The notes: generated by a model from the sequence alone, not told the origin. Positions 10,436-20,671 are shown, counted from the stretch's first letter. The stretch is DNA of 64,000 nt from an uncultured Anaerolineaceae bacterium (GCA_964590515.1 CAZPZD010000002.1:2946-66945); one strand, 5' to 3'. A program made the numbers and translations.

Positions 10436-13400
10436 TTAATGCATGCGGAGCGGCGACACTTCAACGCTCTGGTCGCCGACGATGCGCAGCAAATTGCGGT
10501 GCAGCTCGGGGGAATAACGAGTGGTGTAACTCGGGAAATCCAGGTTGTAGCGCCGAGAGGCCTCATACACCTTGAACGCGAAACGGTCGCTGCCGGGGAA
10601 CGAGGCCAGCAACCCGTGGATCTGGCGCATTCGCCTTGCATCCCGCAGCCGATCCCCGCTCGATCGCAGCAGGATGGTGACCAAGCACGGCTCAGGACCT
10701 TCCCACCAACTAGGCAGCAGCTCTTGGGCGAGGAGTCCTTGGGCACCGGGATCGTGGGCGAGAACCTCATGGGTGCGCGACTCGTCCCAACTCTCCAGTA
10801 CCGCGAGGGGCTGAGCGGGAATCACGGAGGGGAGTGGCGGCATCAAGTCCTCCGCTATGCTGGGCTGGTGGACCGGAGCCCGCTCCGCGGCACTCGGGGC
10901 AGCCTGCGCCTGGGACAAATCTTTGATGATTTCGTCCGCCAGCAGCTTGGCTTCGCCGCGAGCGGCATCCACTCGGCCTTTGACGAGCACGATTTCGTTC
11001 AGATTCAGTTGCCCGGCCAGACTCTCCCAAAGACGTTGAAAGATGACGACCTCGATCGTCCCCTGCACATCCTCGAGCGAGAGGAAAGCCATCTCGTTGC
11101 CTTTGCGGGTCAGGTAGGGCCGCAACGCACTGATCTCCCCCGCCACACAGACCGACTGGCCATCGGTCGATTCGTTGATCTCTCCGCTGTAGTGGGTGAC
11201 GACTTTCGCCAGGCTGTCCATATAAGCCGTCAACGGGTGGTCGGAGACATAGGATCCGAGCAGCTCGCGTTCCCAGCTGAGCTGCTTGCGGGTCGAGATC
11301 TCGACCGCAGCCGGCTGCAGTTCCAGCCGCTCGGCCACCCCCGTTGCTCCGCCGAACAAGGAGAGCTGGCCGATTTCGGCGGCCCGAAACTGAGCCGCCG
11401 AGAAGCTTATGATCCGCTCCAACGACTCCAAGAGATCCAGCCGCGGGCCAAGCCGGTCTGCAGCTCCCACCCGGATGAGACTTTCCAGGGCCCGGCGGCC
11501 CACCTGCCGCAGATCGACCCGCCGGGCGAAACTCTCCAGGTCCGCGAAGGGTCCCGCGGCCCGCGCCGCCAGGATGACTTCCACCGCGCCCTGGCCCACG
11601 TTCTTAATCGCCCCTAATCCAAACCGGAGCCCCGGCGCGGCCGGCGGGCGGTCTTCGATCTCGAAGTCGAGTCCGCTCGCGGCTACGTCGGGCGGCAAGA
11701 CCTCCATTCCCATTCGCCGACACTCGGCGCTGTACAGGGCAACCCGATCGGTCACCGACTTGAACACCGAGAGCAGGGCGGTCATGTACTCGATCGGGTA
11801 GTTCGCCTTCAAGTAAGCGGTTTGAACGCAAATGACCGCGTAGTCTGCCGCGTGGCCCTTGGGGAAGCCGTAGCGAGCGAAGGCCTCCCAATCATCGAAG
11901 ATCGTGTTCGCGGTGTCCTCCGGGATGCGGTTAGCCACCGCCCCCTGCACGAATTTATGGCGTTGTTGGCGCAGGGCCCCCGCCTTCTTCTTGGCCACCG
12001 CCTGGCGCAGGTTATCGGCTTCGGCCGCCGAATATCCAGCCAGCTGCATCGCGGTGTACATGATTTGTTCCTGGTAGACCGTGATCCCATAGGTCTCTTC
12101 CAGAATGGGCTTGAGGGCCGGGTGGCGGTAGGTGACTGCCTCCTCTCCGTGCATTCGGCGAATGTAAGCGGGGATGAATTCCATCGGTCCCGGACGGTAG
12201 AGCGCCACCATGGCCGTCACCTGAGCCAGCTTGGTCGGCCGCATGTCCACCAGGTGGCGACGCATGCCCGCGCCTTCCACCTGGAACACACCCAACACGT
12301 TTCCGCTGCCGAGCAGTTCGAAGGTCTTGGGGTCATCCAGGGGAATGGAGTCGATATCCAGCTCGACCGCATGCCGCCGGCGAATGAGGTCGCAGGCCCG
12401 GGCCATTACGGTCAGAGTCGACAGCCCCAGGTAGTCAATCTTTAGCAATCCCAGCGATTCCAAAACGCCCATCTCGAATTGGGTAACCGCTCGGACCGGG
12501 CTGTCCTCCGGGGATCCCTTGGTCGGGCGGTGCAGCGGGATGTAGTCGGTGATGGGCCTGTCGCTGATGATCACTCCTGCGGCGTGGGTACCCGCGTTGC
12601 GGGCCACGCCTTCGAGCTTGGAGGCGGTCTCTACCAGCTCTTTGAGATAGCCATTCCCCTCGATCACCTCCCGCAGGGCAGGAACGCTCTCGATCGCCTC
12701 CGGGATGGTTACCGGCTTCCCGGGAATGTTGGGGATCAGCTTGGCCAGCCGATCGACTTCCGGCAGCGGGATGTCCATCACCCGCCCGACGTCTCGGATT
12801 GCTGCCCGGGCGCCGAGGGTGCCGAAGGTGATGATCTGGGCGACTCGGTCTTCACCATATTTCTTGGCGCTGTATTCGAGCATTAGATAGCGCCGGTCGT
12901 CCTGAAAATCCAGGTCGATATCCGGCATCGAGACCCGGCCTGGATTTAGAAACCGCTCGAAAATCAGACCGTGCTCTATCGGATCTACCAGTGTGATCCG
13001 GAGGCAGTAGGCCACGATCGAGCCGGCGGCGGAGCCGCGTGCGTTGTACCAGATGCCCTGCTCGCGGGCGAAGCGACACAGGTCCCACACGATCAAGAAG
13101 TAGGCGTCGAAGCCCATTTCATGGATGACGCCCAGTTCATAGTCCAGGCGCTCCCGCAGGTGCGGCTCACCCGCCCGAGTGCCGTAGCGCCGCTCGAGGC
13201 CCTCCAAGCACCGCTCTCGCAAGTAACTTTGTCCGGTGTGGGATTCTGGGACCGCGAAGGGCGGCAGGCGGTAGCCTTCAAAATCCAGATCTACCTGAGC
13301 CCGCTCCGCGATCCAGAGGGTGTTCTCGATCGCACCTTCCACGTGCCCAAACAATTCCGTCATCTCGGCGGGTGACCGCAAGTAATAGGAAGCGTCGCTC

Positions 13401-14110
13401 ATGCGCATTCGGTCCGGGTCGCTGCGGACCGAGCCGGTCTGAATGCACAGCATGATGTCCTGGAGGTCGGCCTCTTCCGGGTTGATATAGTGGACGTCGT
13501 TGGTCGCCACCAGGCGGGCCTGATATTTAGGCGCCAGATCGATCAGCAGTTGATTGACCTGTTGCAGGCCCGGCACCGCATGCTGCTGCAGCTCGAAGAA
13601 GAATCGATCTCTTCCAAAGACCTCAAAGTACCAATCGAGCAACTTGCGGGCATGCTGCTCGCGCCCCTGAAACAAGGCGCGGGGTACTTCCCCGGAAAGA
13701 CAGCCGGTCGTACAGATCAATCCTTCGCTGTGAGCGGCAAGGAAGTCCCGATCAATCCGCGGGCGATAGTAGAAGCCCTGCAGTTGAGAGGCGGTGGCGA
13801 TCTTGAGCAGGTTGCGATACCCGGTCTCGCTCTCCGCCAGCAGGAGCAGGTGGAAGGCCTGGCCATCCAGCTCGGGATCCCGATCTTCCATGCCCCGGGC
13901 TGCCAGATAGGCTTCCATTCCAAGCAGTGGTTTAATCCCGGCCTTCCGGGCGGCTTGATAGAAGAGCATAGTTCCGAACATGGACCCATGGTCGGTGAGA
14001 GCAACCGCCGGCATGCCAAGCTCTTTAGCGCGGCCTACCAGCGCCGGGATCGAGCTCAAGCCGTCGAGCAGTGAATATTCGGAGTGGACGTGGAGATGGA
14101 CGAAGGACAT
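10436..14110 (-). CDS. dnaE: DNA polymerase III alpha subunit
   Basis: ORF 10436..14854. The true start is taken as ATG 14110 ([17 protein letters not shown], the PHP domain start). The upstream 248 codons overlap the neighbouring gene. 1224 aa. Confidence 0.95.
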   Translation of the reverse strand: MSFVHLHVHSEYSLLDGLSSIPALVGRAKELGMPAVALTDHGSMFGTMLFYQAARKAGIKPLLGMEAYLAARGMEDRDPELDGQAFHLLLLAESETGYRNLLKIATASQLQGFYYRPRIDRDFLAAHSEGLICTTGCLSGEVPRALFQGREQHARKLLDWYFEVFGRDRFFFELQQHAVPGLQQVNQLLIDLAPKYQARLVATNDVHYINPEEADLQDIMLCIQTGSVRSDPDRMRMSDASYYLRSPAEMTELFGHVEGAIENTLWIAERAQVDLDFEGYRLPPFAVPESHTGQSYLRERCLEGLERRYGTRAGEPHLRERLDYELGVIHEMGFDAYFLIVWDLCRFAREQGIWYNARGSAAGSIVAYCLRITLVDPIEHGLIFERFLNPGRVSMPDIDLDFQDDRRYLMLEYSAKKYGEDRVAQIITFGTLGARAAIRDVGRVMDIPLPEVDRLAKLIPNIPGKPVTIPEAIESVPALREVIEGNGYLKELVETASKLEGVARNAGTHAAGVIISDRPITDYIPLHRPTKGSPEDSPVRAVTQFEMGVLESLGLLKIDYLGLSTLTVMARACDLIRRRHAVELDIDSIPLDDPKTFELLGSGNVLGVFQVEGAGMRRHLVDMRPTKLAQVTAMVALYRPGPMEFIPAYIRRMHGEEAVTYRHPALKPILEETYGITVYQEQIMYTAMQLAGYSAAEADNLRQAVAKKKAGALRQQRHKFVQGAVANRIPEDTANTIFDDWEAFARYGFPKGHAADYAVICVQTAYLKANYPIEYMTALLSVFKSVTDRVALYSAECRRMGMEVLPPDVAASGLDFEIEDRPPAAPGLRFGLGAIKNVGQGAVEVILAARAAGPFADLESFARRVDLRQVGRRALESLIRVGAADRLGPRLDLLESLERIISFSAAQFRAAEIGQLSLFGGATGVAERLELQPAAVEISTRKQLSWERELLGSYVSDHPLTAYMDSLAKVVTHYSGEINESTDGQSVCVAGEISALRPYLTRKGNEMAFLSLEDVQGTIEVVIFQRLWESLAGQLNLNEIVLVKGRVDAARGEAKLLADEIIKDLSQAQAAPSAAERAPVHQPSIAEDLMPPLPSVIPAQPLAVLESWDESRTHEVLAHDPGAQGLLAQELLPSWWEGPEPCLVTILLRSSGDRLRDARRMRQIHGLLASFPGSDRFAFKVYEASRRYNLDFPSYTTRYSPELHRNLLRIVGDQSVEVSPLRMH

Positions 14111-14135
14111 TTCCCCCCAGGGAATGAGCCCGGCG

Positions 14136-14141
14136 ATTATA
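14136..14141 (-). promoter_or_regulatory. Putative -10 box (cgcTATAATc) for dnaE
   Basis: Minus-strand TATAAT lies 25 nt upstream of ATG 14110, with GGGGGGA as RBS. Confidence 0.4.
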
Positions 14142-14237
14142 GCGGAGCCCGGCTGCCGGAGCCAGAAGTGGATAGATTCAGGGTCAACTTTTAAGGTTCG
14201 TTCGAACGAGCCCGACTCAAAGCAGAACATAATGAGC

Positions 14238-14262
14238 GAGAGGCACGGGAATCGTGCCTCTC
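14238..14262 (-). terminator. Stem-loop terminator candidate ending the ECF sigma operon
   Basis: Perfect 10-bp stem GAGAGGCACG/CGTGCCTCTC with a 5-nt loop, 37 nt after stop 14299. The minus-strand tail GCTCATTATGTTCTGCTTT is moderately U-rich. Confidence 0.5.
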
Positions 14263-14298
14263 GAGTGCAACCGCTTCTGTTTGTGGGAATCTTCCCGG

Positions 14299-15336
14299 CT
14301 ACTTGCTGGAGGTCTTCTTCGCCGCCCTCTTCTTCTTCGGCGCGACCGGAGCCGGTGCCGCCGGCGCGGGGGCGGGGGGCGCTGCGGCTGCCGGAGCGTA
14401 CTCCCGAGACCCGAAACGGGTCAGCAGCACCGCTCCCAGAGCGATAGCCACAACGACGAATCCAACCGTCCACCCTACGCACGGGATCAGGCCGATTCCA
14501 CCGCCCACCAGGCTGAGCGCCAAGGTACCCAGTCCGGCAGAGGCGGCAGGATGCAGGTCCCAGTTGAAGGCCTTGACCAGCCGGTCGCCCACTTCCTTGC
14601 CGATCGCGATGAAACCGAACACCCCTCCCACGACCAGCAGGACGGCGGCCACCAGGCTGACCGGACTCAAGATGATGGTGATGGCCAGGACGATCAACAG
14701 CACTGGCGCGACCACGAAGGTCAGCAGCCCGAGCCCACCGGACAGCAGCGGCTGAGCGACCACTGCCCGGGCGGCGCGGGCCGTCGGCTCTGGCCAGAAC
14801 ATCACTACGATCGTAGCTAATGCCGCAACCAGTAAGCTGCGCAGCCCGAACCAAAGCACGCCGAGCACCGGTGAAAACCGAATCCGGAAATCGTTCAACG
14901 GCACGACCCGGGTCGTAGACGGGAAGTTGAAGCTGAAGGGGAAAGAGAATTGATCACCGGCAACGACGTCCCCGGCTATCGTCGAGCCGGGTGCCCGATC
15001 CAGATTCCCTCCCAGGGTCACGACATCACCGCCGATCGAAGCCTTGGGCCCCAGATCGGCGTTTCCCCCTAGCAACATCAGGTCGCCCGTCACCTGCCCG
15101 TCGATTACCGCGTTCCCTCCCATCAGGAAGAGATGGCCTTCGACCAGTGACCCCTCTTCCAGGTCGGCCGAGCCGCCGAAGATCACCAGATCGCCCTCGA
15201 GTACCTGCCCGCTTTCCAGGGTGAAGTCGCCTCCGAACACGACTTGACCCTGCTCCGGCCCTCCGGCGAAGGCATTCGATGGGAAAGCCAGCATGCCCGC
15301 CAACACAAGAACCAATACGCCAACCGATCTTTTCAT
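14299..15336 (-). CDS. Secreted bactofilin-like (polymer-forming beta-helix repeat) domain protein with a C-terminal multi-TM region and Pro/Ala/Lys tail
   Basis: 345 aa from ATG 15336. Signal peptide MKRSVGVLVLVLAGMLAFPSNAFA. About five 17-19 aa repeats of the type GDLVIFGGSADL. Four to five TM segments. ATGA overlap with the upstream gene. Confidence 0.75.
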   Translation of the reverse strand: MKRSVGVLVLVLAGMLAFPSNAFAGGPEQGQVVFGGDFTLESGQVLEGDLVIFGGSADLEEGSLVEGHLFLMGGNAVIDGQVTGDLMLLGGNADLGPKASIGGDVVTLGGNLDRAPGSTIAGDVVAGDQFSFPFSFNFPSTTRVVPLNDFRIRFSPVLGVLWFGLRSLLVAALATIVVMFWPEPTARAARAVVAQPLLSGGLGLLTFVVAPVLLIVLAITIILSPVSLVAAVLLVVGGVFGFIAIGKEVGDRLVKAFNWDLHPAASAGLGTLALSLVGGGIGLIPCVGWTVGFVVVAIALGAVLLTRFGSREYAPAAAAPPAPAPAAPAPVAPKKKRAAKKTSSK

Positions 15337-15821
15337 TTTGTTTCTCCATTCTGCAAGTGTGCAAAAGAGTAACGATAGAGTGCGGCGAACCATACCGCGC
15401 TCACCCATCCGATAGTCAGGGCAATGGCCAAGCCGCCAAAAACCGCAGGCAGTCCGCCCCCAATCTCTCTCAAGAACAGGTAACTGGCCTCCAGCGTCCC
15501 TCGGGCTGTCAGCCCCGCCCGGATCCAGCTAGCGGCTAACCCGGCCGGCGATCCGAGGAGCCGAAGAGCTTCGAGCCCTACCACCGCCAGCGAGAGCAGT
15601 ACCCCAAGTAACAGGCCTCCCAACATGAGCTGCAATTGTCGCAGTCGCCGCGCTTCCCTACGCTGTTCCAGTCGCGCCAACCAGCGCCGGCTGAAACCCA
15701 CGGCCGGTCCAAACTGTGGGGCTCCCCGCAGCCTGGCTTCGATGAGTTCCCACGCGGCATCAGACGCATGGAGGACTGAAGCCGGGCGGCCGAGCGGCGC
15801 AGGATCAAGTGGTCGTGACAC
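15333..15821 (-). CDS. Membrane protein, putative anti-sigma factor (assigned by position only)
   Basis: ORF 15333..16100. The only canonical start compatible with the sigma gene stop (15805) is GTG 15821. Two hydrophobic segments. No recognisable zinc-finger anti-sigma motif. Confidence 0.5.
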   Translation of the reverse strand: MSRPLDPAPLGRPASVLHASDAAWELIEARLRGAPQFGPAVGFSRRWLARLEQRREARRLRQLQLMLGGLLLGVLLSLAVVGLEALRLLGSPAGLAASWIRAGLTARGTLEASYLFLREIGGGLPAVFGGLAIALTIGWVSAVWFAALYRYSFAHLQNGETK

Positions 15822-16407
15822 TACCAGGCTCCCTTCCGCCGGCTCGCAGTTCCGTCTCGGCTCGGGCCGCCAGAATGCGCCGCGCTCGATGCATCCGACT
15901 CTTAACCGCGCTGACCGAAAGCCCAAGCGCCGCGCCGATCTCTGGGTATGAAAAGTCGTACCAATAGTGCATGACGATCGCGGCCCGCTCGTGGGGTCTG
16001 AGTTTTGCCAACTCGGCCTGCACCAGCGCCTGCTCCCGGGCGTGCTCGGCCTGCCTCTCCGGCTGCGAAGCGCGACCGGCCGGCCTTCGATGCACTGCAT
16101 CCAGTGAGATCAACTTGAACCTCCTGCGGCGCAGCTGATCAATACAGTGATGGGCGCCAATGGAGAGCAGCCACGTCGGAAACGATCGGAGCGGATCATA
16201 GCTTTTCAGCTTCTGATAGGCCTTGAGGAACGTTTCCTGGGCAGCATCCTCGGCATCGGCCGGATCGCCCAGCATGCGGTAGCACAGGTTGTGGACCGGC
16301 TTCGCATAGTGCTCCACCAACCTGGCAAAGGCTAAGTCGTCTCCGCCCTGCGCCGCGGCGATCCATCGGCCCTCCTCCTTCGGCTCCATTGAAAGCTGCG
16401 ATCTCAT
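15805..16407 (-). CDS. RNA polymerase sigma-70 family, ECF-type sigma factor
   Basis: 200 aa. Region 2 (FPTWLLSIGAHHCIDQLRRRR) and region 4 (ERAAIVMHYWYDFSYPEIGAALGLSVSAVKSRMHRARRIL). Confidence 0.9.
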   Translation of the reverse strand: MRSQLSMEPKEEGRWIAAAQGGDDLAFARLVEHYAKPVHNLCYRMLGDPADAEDAAQETFLKAYQKLKSYDPLRSFPTWLLSIGAHHCIDQLRRRRFKLISLDAVHRRPAGRASQPERQAEHAREQALVQAELAKLRPHERAAIVMHYWYDFSYPEIGAALGLSVSAVKSRMHRARRILAARAETELRAGGREPGSVTTT

Positions 16408-16489
16408 CAGGATCTACGCAGTGTGGGGGGAAAGGTCGCGAGGCGTTCGGAAACGGCGGACGGTGCAGGCCGGCTTGCAGGGGGCCAGC

Positions 16490-18460
16490 TCAGGCCGGGA
16501 GACGCTCGGGCCTGAATTGGGTTTCGTAGAGCCGACGGTAGAGCCCACTGCCGGCGAGCAAGTCCCGATGGTTGCCTTGTTCGACCAGCCGTCCCTCTTC
16601 GAGCACCAGGATCAGATCGGCACCGATGATAGTGCTCAGCCGATGGGCGATGACCAGTGACGTTCGTCCCTTCATCACCAGCTCCATGGCCTCCTGGATC
16701 AGCGCCTCGGACTGCGAATCGAGATGGCTGGTGGCTTCATCCAGGATCAAGACCCGCGGATCTTTGAGCACTACCCGGGCGATCGCCACCCGCTGCTTCT
16801 CGCCTCCCGAGAGCCGATAACCACGCTCGCCGACCAGCGTGTCGTAGCCATCGGGTAGCCCGGCAATGAAGTCATGGATGTTGGCCGCCTGGCATGCCCG
16901 TTCGACCGCCTCCTGGCTGGCGTCCGGCTTGGCATACAGCAGGTTGTTGCGGACCGTGTCGTGGAACAAGAAGGTCTCCTGGGTGACCATTCCGACTTGT
17001 TCTGAGAGCGACTCGAGCGCAATGTCCCGCAGGTCATCTCCATCCAGCAGGATCCGCCCTTCGGTCGGGTCATACAACCGGGGAAGCAGGTAGGTGATCG
17101 TCGATTTGCCGGCCCCACTCGGGCCAACCAGTGCCGCGACCTGGCCCGGCGCAATCTCAAAGCTGACGTCCCGCAGCGCCCAGCGTCGCTGATCCGCCCC
17201 GGGCGGCCTGCCATCTACGCTCGGGAGAGCGGGTTGTTCGTCGCGGCGCAAGATGGGCTTACCCGCCGGGATGACCGTTCCCCCGCCGCCCCACCCGAAG
17301 CGACGGACCTCCTCCAGCCTGACCGGATTGGCACCCTCCGACAGATAACTCAGCGAGACCTTCTCGAACCGGATCCCCCCTTGGACAGTCTGGATGGCGC
17401 GCGCTTCCGGTTTGTCCTGGATCTCTACCGGAAGATCGAGAACTTCGAATACTCGTTCAAAGCTCACCATCGAGGTGGCAAAGTCCACCCGAGCGTTGGT
17501 GAGGGCCATCAACGGTCCGTATAAGTTGGCCAGGTAGCCGGTGAAAGCGACCAGAGTCCCGATCGTGAATGCCCCGCCCAGCACCAGGTGTCCTCCCAAC
17601 CAGAAGACCAGTGCGCTGCCGATGGCGCTGACCAGGCCGAGCGCCAGGAAGAACCAGCGGCCAATGATCGCCTGCCGGACCCCGACATCGCGTACCTGCG
17701 AGGCTCGCTCCCGGAATCGCTGCACCTCCAGGCCGTAGCGTCCAAAGATCTTCACCAGCAGCGCCCCGCTGATGTTCAGCGTTTCATTCATCAAGGCGTT
17801 CATGCGCGCATTGAGATCCATTTGCTCGCGGGCGATTCTGCGCAGGGTCTCTCCGATCCGGCGGGCCGGCAGGATGAACAGGGGCAGGATCGCGATGCTC
17901 ACCAGGGTCAATCGCCAGTCGAGAGCGATCATGATCGCTGCGGTTGCGATCAGCGACACCGAGTCGCTGATCAGAGTCACAAAGGTACCGGTGATCGCAC
18001 GCTGCGCCCCGACTACGTCGTTGTTCAGGCGCGACATTAGCTCGCCCACTTGAGTGTGGGTGTAGAACCGCAAGCTCATTCGCTGCAGGTGGGCGTAGAC
18101 CGCGCTGCGGAGGTCGAAGATTAGTCCCTCCCCAACCGTAGAACTGGCGTAGCGCTGGGCCACCCCAAGCAGCCCGTTGATCAGCGGCACCCCGACCATG
18201 CCGAGTGCCAAAAGGTTGAGCCGACTCGTGAGGCGCTGAGGAATTGCCGTATCCAACAGATCGCGGATTAGGAGCGGCGGCAGGAGGCTGAGCAGCGAGA
18301 TCCCCATGATCGTGAGCAAGATCATCGTCACCCAGCGCCAATAGGGCCGAGCAAAACGCGAGACCCGGCGCAGCAGGCCGCGGCTGATCTGCGGCCGATC
18401 CTGCTCTTCGTCGAAGCGGATGAAAGAAAACCAATTACCGCCCCCGCCGTGGATGAACAC
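16490..18460 (-). CDS. ABC exporter, fused transmembrane and ATP-binding domains (MsbA/ABCB-type)
   Basis: 656 aa. Six-TM domain. Walker A GPSGAGKST, signature LSGGEKQRV, Walker B VLILDEATS. GTG start with AAGGAG RBS. Confidence 0.9.
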   Translation of the reverse strand: MFIHGGGGNWFSFIRFDEEQDRPQISRGLLRRVSRFARPYWRWVTMILLTIMGISLLSLLPPLLIRDLLDTAIPQRLTSRLNLLALGMVGVPLINGLLGVAQRYASSTVGEGLIFDLRSAVYAHLQRMSLRFYTHTQVGELMSRLNNDVVGAQRAITGTFVTLISDSVSLIATAAIMIALDWRLTLVSIAILPLFILPARRIGETLRRIAREQMDLNARMNALMNETLNISGALLVKIFGRYGLEVQRFRERASQVRDVGVRQAIIGRWFFLALGLVSAIGSALVFWLGGHLVLGGAFTIGTLVAFTGYLANLYGPLMALTNARVDFATSMVSFERVFEVLDLPVEIQDKPEARAIQTVQGGIRFEKVSLSYLSEGANPVRLEEVRRFGWGGGGTVIPAGKPILRRDEQPALPSVDGRPPGADQRRWALRDVSFEIAPGQVAALVGPSGAGKSTITYLLPRLYDPTEGRILLDGDDLRDIALESLSEQVGMVTQETFLFHDTVRNNLLYAKPDASQEAVERACQAANIHDFIAGLPDGYDTLVGERGYRLSGGEKQRVAIARVVLKDPRVLILDEATSHLDSQSEALIQEAMELVMKGRTSLVIAHRLSTIIGADLILVLEEGRLVEQGNHRDLLAGSGLYRRLYETQFRPERLPA

Positions 18461-18491
18461 TCGATCTCCTTAACTCTTAGACTGGGTTGGC

Positions 18492-18497
18492 ATTATA
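18492..18497 (-). promoter_or_regulatory. Putative -10 box (TATAAT) for the ABC exporter gene
   Basis: Minus-strand ggtaggTATAATgcc lies 31 nt upstream of GTG 18460. Confidence 0.4.
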
Positions 18498-18617
18498 CCT
18501 ACCTGGGTACCATACGGCCCGAACACTTGTTTCCGCTAGATGTGGGGGAAGGAAGTCCTATTTCCCGCACCCCTCTACGAGGGGTACTATGACCGTGGGG
18601 CTGCCGGAGGAACTGAT

Positions 18618-19031
18618 ATGGCAACGCTGAACTCAGCGCTGCGGATTTCAAATTCGACCAAGACCGAGCTTGATCAGCTGGTCCAGAAAGTCGCTAAGCG
18701 TATCGCACAGGCGTCGAACTTTCTAGACGTACGGGCCACCCCCCAGGATTGGCCGGCCGGGCCGCCCGACCCGCTCAACGGGGTCCGGCCGCACGTGTCT
18801 GCCTTGGAGTGGAAATCAATGAAGTGGCGGGAAGCCTTCTGGTACGTGCTGAACAAGGATGGCCTGTCGTCCACTCTGTCCAAGGAAGTCTGCGACTCGA
18901 TTTCCCGGAGGGCCCGCGACGGTGAGGGCTCGTTCTATCTGGTCGCCCCGATCTCGCTGGCCGCCAAGGCCAAGGATTGGGCGGACAACCATCAGATCCG
19001 GGTCACCAGTTTCTGGGTGTTCAGCGGCTGA
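18618..19031 (+). CDS. Hypothetical protein (orphan, no family recognised)
   Basis: 137 aa from ATG 18618, which has GGAGG 7 nt upstream. The ORF-track start at 18540 lacks an RBS. Confidence 0.55.
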   Translation: MATLNSALRISNSTKTELDQLVQKVAKRIAQASNFLDVRATPQDWPAGPPDPLNGVRPHVSALEWKSMKWREAFWYVLNKDGLSSTLSKEVCDSISRRARDGEGSFYLVAPISLAAKAKDWADNHQIRVTSFWVFSG

Positions 19032-19060
19032 GGGCTTCGGTCAGCCGCCCGCAGCCGAGC

Positions 19061-20659
19061 TCACAGCTCTTTCAGCATGTAAGTCTCGCCCAAGCGGTAG
19101 CCCAGCTTCCGGTAGTACCCCCGAGTTCCCAGAGCCGAGATGACCGCCATCCGGTGGTAGCCCCGGCGACCCGCCTGATCCTCCGCGGTCTTCATCAAGC
19201 GCATCCCGAGGCCGATATGCTGAGCTGCTCCGATCTGGCCGGACCCGACTTCTAACGACTGGCCGTAGACGTGCAGCTCGCGCACCAGTGCGGCCCCCGG
19301 CAAATCCGCCAGGTCGGTCCCGGCTGAGTCGAGCGCCGGCAAGCTGAGCCGTAGGAACCCCGCCAGGCGATCGTCTTCGGTCACGAATGCGAGGAAGTGC
19401 TCTTCCGCACCGCCCGCGGTATAGACCAGGTCCTCGAGGACCAGCCGGGCCGGATCCACGTCCAAGCCCCGCACCTCCCGGCAGCGGACACAACGACAGC
19501 GGGTCCCGCGCCGCTTCAGCTCCTGGTGCACGTCCATCCGCAGGCTCGTGCGTCGGTTTCCCGCGACCACATTGGTCGAGGGAATGTCCCGGATCACCCG
19601 GTTGACCCGGCAGTAGGCAGGGATCGTTGGTTTGATCTCTGCCAGCAAATCGATCAGCTCCTCGGTCGTGTAGGGGTGGTACTCGCCTCGCAGCCAGTAG
19701 TTGTACAGCTCGGCATTGGCCAAGAGCTGGCAGGGATAGATCTTGATCTCGTCCGGCCGCAGGTCCGGGTCGGCCCACAGCCTAGCAAAATCCACCCGAT
19801 CCAACTCAAGGGTGGCCCCGAGCAAATTTGGCATCCAATGCAAGACAAACTTAAAGCCCGCTGCTCGCAATAAGCGGGCAGCAGCTCGGGTCTGCTCCAG
19901 CGTGTGGCCGCGGGCGTTCAGGCCAAGGATCCGATCGTCCAGGCTCTGCGCTCCGAGCTGAACTTTGGTTACCCCCAGCGCGCGCAAGTGGGCCAACTCG
20001 GGCAGGTCGATATGGTCCGGGCGGGTCTCGATGACCAGGCCCACGTTCCGATGGGCGGCATTCTCATTAGCGGCCTGGGCCTCACTCAATGAGCCCGCTT
20101 CGAACCCATTCAGGGCGTCAAGACAGCGCCGGACGAACCACTCCTGGTAATCAACTCGGTAGGCGCTCCACGTCCCTCCGAGGATGAGCAGCTCAATCTT
20201 TTCCGTGGGGTGCCCGATGGCCTCCAGGGCTTCCAACCGGGCGGCAGTCTGTTGGTACGGATCGAAGTCGTGGTACAGGGCTCGCATCGCCCCAGGCTCG
20301 TCCGGGAGGTACGACTTCGGCATCCGGACATCGGTCGGGCAGAAAACACACTTGCCGGGGCAGGGATATGGTTTAGTCAGGACCGTGACGGTCGTCACCC
20401 CGGAAAGAGTGCGGGTGGGTTTCATCCGGATCCGGCGCAGCACCTGCGGCTCGGGATTCCACTCCCCCGCCTCGGTCAGCACTCGGTAGGCATGGACCAG
20501 GACATGCTTGGCCACGTAGCCTCCGCCCGCCAGTGGGTAATCACGCACGGCCTTGGAGACCCTGCCCCCCGCCCGGACCTCTTCCAGGATCCGGCGGGCC
20601 TGGGCCAGGTGCTCGGGCGTGTAGCGGCGGGCTGCGTGCCAATCTGTCTGGTTGGTCAT
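19061..20659 (-). CDS. elp3: Elp3-like radical SAM / GNAT acetyltransferase (tRNA uridine-34 cm5 modification family)
   Basis: 532 aa from ATG 20659 (MTNQTDWHAARRY). Radical SAM CPGKCVFCP (CxxxCxxC). C-terminal GNAT (HIGLGMRLMKTAEDQAGRRGYHRMAVISALGTRGYYRKLGY). The ORF-track N-terminus 20660..21058 overlaps the divergent gene. Confidence 0.85.
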   Translation of the reverse strand: MTNQTDWHAARRYTPEHLAQARRILEEVRAGGRVSKAVRDYPLAGGGYVAKHVLVHAYRVLTEAGEWNPEPQVLRRIRMKPTRTLSGVTTVTVLTKPYPCPGKCVFCPTDVRMPKSYLPDEPGAMRALYHDFDPYQQTAARLEALEAIGHPTEKIELLILGGTWSAYRVDYQEWFVRRCLDALNGFEAGSLSEAQAANENAAHRNVGLVIETRPDHIDLPELAHLRALGVTKVQLGAQSLDDRILGLNARGHTLEQTRAAARLLRAAGFKFVLHWMPNLLGATLELDRVDFARLWADPDLRPDEIKIYPCQLLANAELYNYWLRGEYHPYTTEELIDLLAEIKPTIPAYCRVNRVIRDIPSTNVVAGNRRTSLRMDVHQELKRRGTRCRCVRCREVRGLDVDPARLVLEDLVYTAGGAEEHFLAFVTEDDRLAGFLRLSLPALDSAGTDLADLPGAALVRELHVYGQSLEVGSGQIGAAQHIGLGMRLMKTAEDQAGRRGYHRMAVISALGTRGYYRKLGYRLGETYMLKEL

Positions 20660-20665
20660 GACCGC

Positions 20666-20671
20666 TATAAT
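20666..20671 (+). promoter_or_regulatory. -10 box TATAAT positioned for a leaderless transcript of the methyltransferase gene
   Basis: TATAAT, then 6 nt (ccgcgc), then ATG 20678. The whole divergent intergenic region is 18 bp. Confidence 0.5.

Noticed and set aside
10439-11617. 392-aa plus-strand ORF antisense to the dnaE 3' region.
   Set aside because: Shadow ORF opposite a well-supported gene. Low-complexity Arg/Gly/Gln-rich translation.
14111-14854. 248-codon N-terminal extension of the dnaE ORF (track start 14854).
   Set aside because: It overlaps the terminator, the promoter-like box and the 3' end of the bactofilin-like gene. The PHP domain begins exactly at ATG 14110 ([13 protein letters not shown]). 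The extension is Arg/Gly-rich nonsense.
16408-16489. ECF-type autoregulated promoter (GGAAC-N16/17-CGTC) upstream of the sigma factor gene.
   Set aside because: I found a GAAC and a CGTA, but they are about 26 nt apart, outside the accepted spacing. No call is made.
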